64,000 bases of DNA from the human T2T-CHM13v2.0 reference genome, Homo sapiens: the NCBI RefSeq assembly GCF_009914755.1, contig NC_060930.1; one strand, 5' to 3'. Shown piece by piece: positions 58,050-64,000 of this stretch. The translations under genes and the position numbers were made by a program. The number at the start of each line of letters is the position of its first letter. Position 1 is the first letter of the stretch. The notes under the pieces were generated by a model. It was not told the origin of the DNA. It saw only the letters and a program-made list of their open reading frames with translations, and did no database searches.

Positions 58050-59190
58050 ACAGAATGTGTCGAGTCAAACCACAGTAAGTGAGTGAGCCAATCCCACAGA
58101 GTAGGTTCGGCCCTGAAGAACTACAGATATTAGAACTACAAAGAAAATAGTAAAATATGTATCCTTAAATCATTAAAGACATAATAAAACACACTGCAAA
58201 TATTGAGACATTGTCAAAAAAGACTAGTTGTATCTAAAATAGAAAAAACCAAGCAGCACTTACAGCAATGAAAAATATGTTAATTAAAATTTGAAACTCA
58301 ACACACTGATGAAGCAGCATATTAAATAGAGGATGAAGTCACTGAACTGGATGGATCTGAAGAAATCATTCAAAATTTGGTAGAGAGAGAGTTTCATGCT
58401 GAAACTGCAAGAGAGAAGTGTAAAGATATGGATGTACAATGAAAAAGGCCAACCTGCCTCTAACTGGACTTCCAAAAGGAGAGCAGAAAATGAGGGAGAG
58501 GAAATTTTCAAAGAGCTAATGGCTAAGAACTTTTCAGATTTTATGAAAGACATAGATTCTCAATTTTAGGAAACATAACAAATCTCAATTAGAATAAATA
58601 AAAATAAATTCACTCCTAGGTGCATTGTGATGAAATTGCAGAATATCTTAAAGGTCGTCTTCAAGAAGAATATCTTTGAAGAGAACAACTTAAAAGAGAA
58701 AAATTTAAAAGCAACTGTTGATAAAATACAATCAATAGGAAAGACAATTTGATAACAGCCTCCTAGCCAGTTTTTAAAATTTGCAGCCATTGTCTCTCAA
58801 AATATGCCTTCTGTGTTGTCTTTTACCTGTGCTTTTAGGATTCCAATTAAATGTGGGGTGAACCATTCCATAGTGTCTGCCACAGCAGCTGTGGCTTCTG
58901 AATTTTACTGTCTCTTCTAAATTTTTCTACCCTTCGGTCTTCCTGTACTGCATTCCAAATGGTTTCTCTTGACCCGCCTTCCAGTTTACACTTCTCTTTT
59001 CAGCTCTGTCTAATTTGCTATTAAAGCCATCTGTTGAGTTCTTCATTCCAGTTATTTAGTTTTATACTTATAGATTATTCGATAGCCCATGTATCTTACA
59101 TTTGAAGTAATGAATTTTTTTCTGTTGTTTTTTCATTTTTTTAAAGTTATTGAAACATAGTAAGCATAGTTATTTTTAAATCCCTGCCTG
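58050..59190. mobile_element. Old L1M ORF1-region fragments in opposite orientations
   Basis: A-rich sense part (~58050-58760) followed by a T-rich antisense part. Confidence 0.6.
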
Positions 59191-59199
59191 ATAATTATT

Positions 59200-60666
<1,467 letters not shown>

Positions 60667-62181
60667 TTACCTTCCTCCAGAAATGAATTTCATTTGCTTA
60701 TATCAGGCACTTGGTAGCTATAAAATTGCTTGAATTTTGCTGCAGGAATTGAGATATTTTGGGACATTCAGAAGCCTTGAACCTGGACTGCCTTCTGTTT
60801 GAAGACTGGTTGATCTTCAGTCCACCTTTACTCCGAGGGTCCAGTCCCACTCTTGGCAGACTCTGGACTCCAACATCTGTTTGCATAGCCCCATGAAGCC
60901 ATCCAAAGCCCATGTGAGCCACTAGGATCAAAAGGCTGCTGACTCTTTACCACATCACTACTGCCACAGTTAGGAAGCCACCAAGACAAGGAAGGAATCC
61001 ATCCATAATCAGAAACCTACCACCCTCAGAAGCCACATCCGCTGTTGCCTGCTCCAGACCCCACTGTGCCTGCGAAGATTTTCAGCTTCAAAGTGGATGC
61101 CACGTGCCCTGCTCTCAGCACCTCAGAGCCAGCGACCAGAGCCCAAGACCTCAGCTAATGCTGCCCAGAAACCTGAATATCTCCCCTGCTGGGCTTGGCA
61201 GCAAGAGCAGCAGATGCCTGGTCCCTGCTGCAATTCCCCCACATTAGAGTGACTGAATCTGCACCACATCCTGACTCTGGTTGTAAAGGAGTCTGGGAAA
61301 TGTAGTTTTTAGCTTTCCTGTTTCTGTAGTATAGGAAGGCACAGCAGAAAGCAGGTGAATGGATTTATCCTTCCCCCATCTGCCCTCCAAGTACATACAA
61401 TTATAATACCATTTGGTTTAAGTTTCAAAATATGCAAAATGATACCATATCTTGCTTACTGATATATCATACACGTGTAAATTCATGTACATCCATACAC
61501 CTGTATCCATGTATCTACATATGTGCATATCCATATCTAAGTATACAATTGCCACAAAGACAGTAAGATCAGTAGTGGTTTCAAGCACCGGCCCTGCAGT
61601 CAGACTGCCTGCTTCAAAACCTGTGTTTGTGTGACATGGAGCATGCACGTTTCCTCAGTCTTGATTGCAAAGCTTATGCTTCTCTGTGTGTAAAATAGGC
61701 ATCATGATAGTACCCACCTCAATATATTGCTGTGGGCCTCAAATAAGCCAATGCCTGTAATAGACTTAGCATGGTGCTTGGCTCGTGGTAATAAATACTC
61801 AGTGAATTGTAGCTCTTTCCATCATAGATAGCAGAAGGCCTAGGTGGTCAACCCAACTCACTGTATCAGCCTGACAAGCCACTTAACTCCTCCGGGTGTT
61901 CATTTCTTGTCTTTCAGATGAGGCAGTTGCCCTAAATGAGGTGAGTTCCTAAGCCAATGTCTCCAGGTCCTTAGGGGAGAGTGAGGTTATTTCCTTGGCA
62001 TTTTATGGTGGGCATTGGAGAATCTGGCTTCCAGAGTTTTTATTGTTATTTTTTTCTTACAAACTCTTGTCGTTCTAACTTATCTCTAGATGCTACCTGA
62101 GAGAAACAGAAGATAAAACTACCACCAGGACGCACCAGCAGCATGACACAGGGCCAGTGACTTCGGCTGCTAAAATCAAGA

Positions 62182-62200
62182 CGTACACCAGAGGGCGCTG
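62182..62200 (+). promoter_or_regulatory. Candidate CTCF site
   Basis: cgtACACCAGAGGGCGCTG closely matches the CTCF core CCASYAGRKGGCRS. Confidence 0.55.
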
Positions 62201-62460
62201 CAGTTAAAGAGCGAGGCAGAGGTGAGCGGGCTGCCCGGGTCCAGTCTCCTAGGGTCTAGAAAAGCTATGAGCACAGGCCTTGGGGAGGCGGTAGGAGGAC
62301 CTGAGGCTTCCATGAAAACCAAGGGCAAACATACTGTTTCATTCAGGCTTCGGCTACCTGGATGTGTGTTCCTCGGGAGAGTGGTTGTGTGTGGTTTTCG
62401 CACACCGATCTGGATTGTTCTTATAAAGCTGAAAGGGCCACGTTCATAAAACAAAAATAA

Positions 62461-63999
<1,539 letters not shown>

Positions 64000-64000
64000 A

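Overview
Human genomic DNA (it carries a human-specific AluYb8) from the distal part of the ULBP/RAET1 NKG2D-ligand cluster on chr6q25. Two genes are intact on the minus strand, each with four coding exons and a 3'UTR exon, reconstructed with canonical GT-AG junctions: RAET1L/ULBP6 (CDS 6866->1523, 246 aa, G26/T85/R106/I147 allele) and ULBP3 (CDS 50435->45976, 244 aa). The window also has a plus-strand RAET1 pseudogene (RAET1M-like, 14163-14907), a full-length processed prohibitin pseudogene (23880-25720), a ~3.6 kb D20S16-type satellite array with an internal inversion, and many Alu, L1, LTR and DNA-transposon relics. I see no new intact protein-coding system; most ORFs in the track are repeat-derived or chance. 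The most interesting signal is a hidden fossil record of extra NKG2D-ligand genes: (1) a decayed alpha2 exon plus exon-4 remnant at 22166-23440 (-); (2) an orphan leader exon with promoter motifs, head-to-head with ULBP3, at ~53.7-54.0 kb (+); (3) an orphan ULBP 3'UTR at 31.3-31.7 kb (-) capping a duplicated copy of the ULBP3 3' flank. These suggest the cluster expanded by duplicating divergent gene pairs. All homologies were judged by eye; repeat family names and allele comparisons come from recalled consensus sequences and need confirmation.
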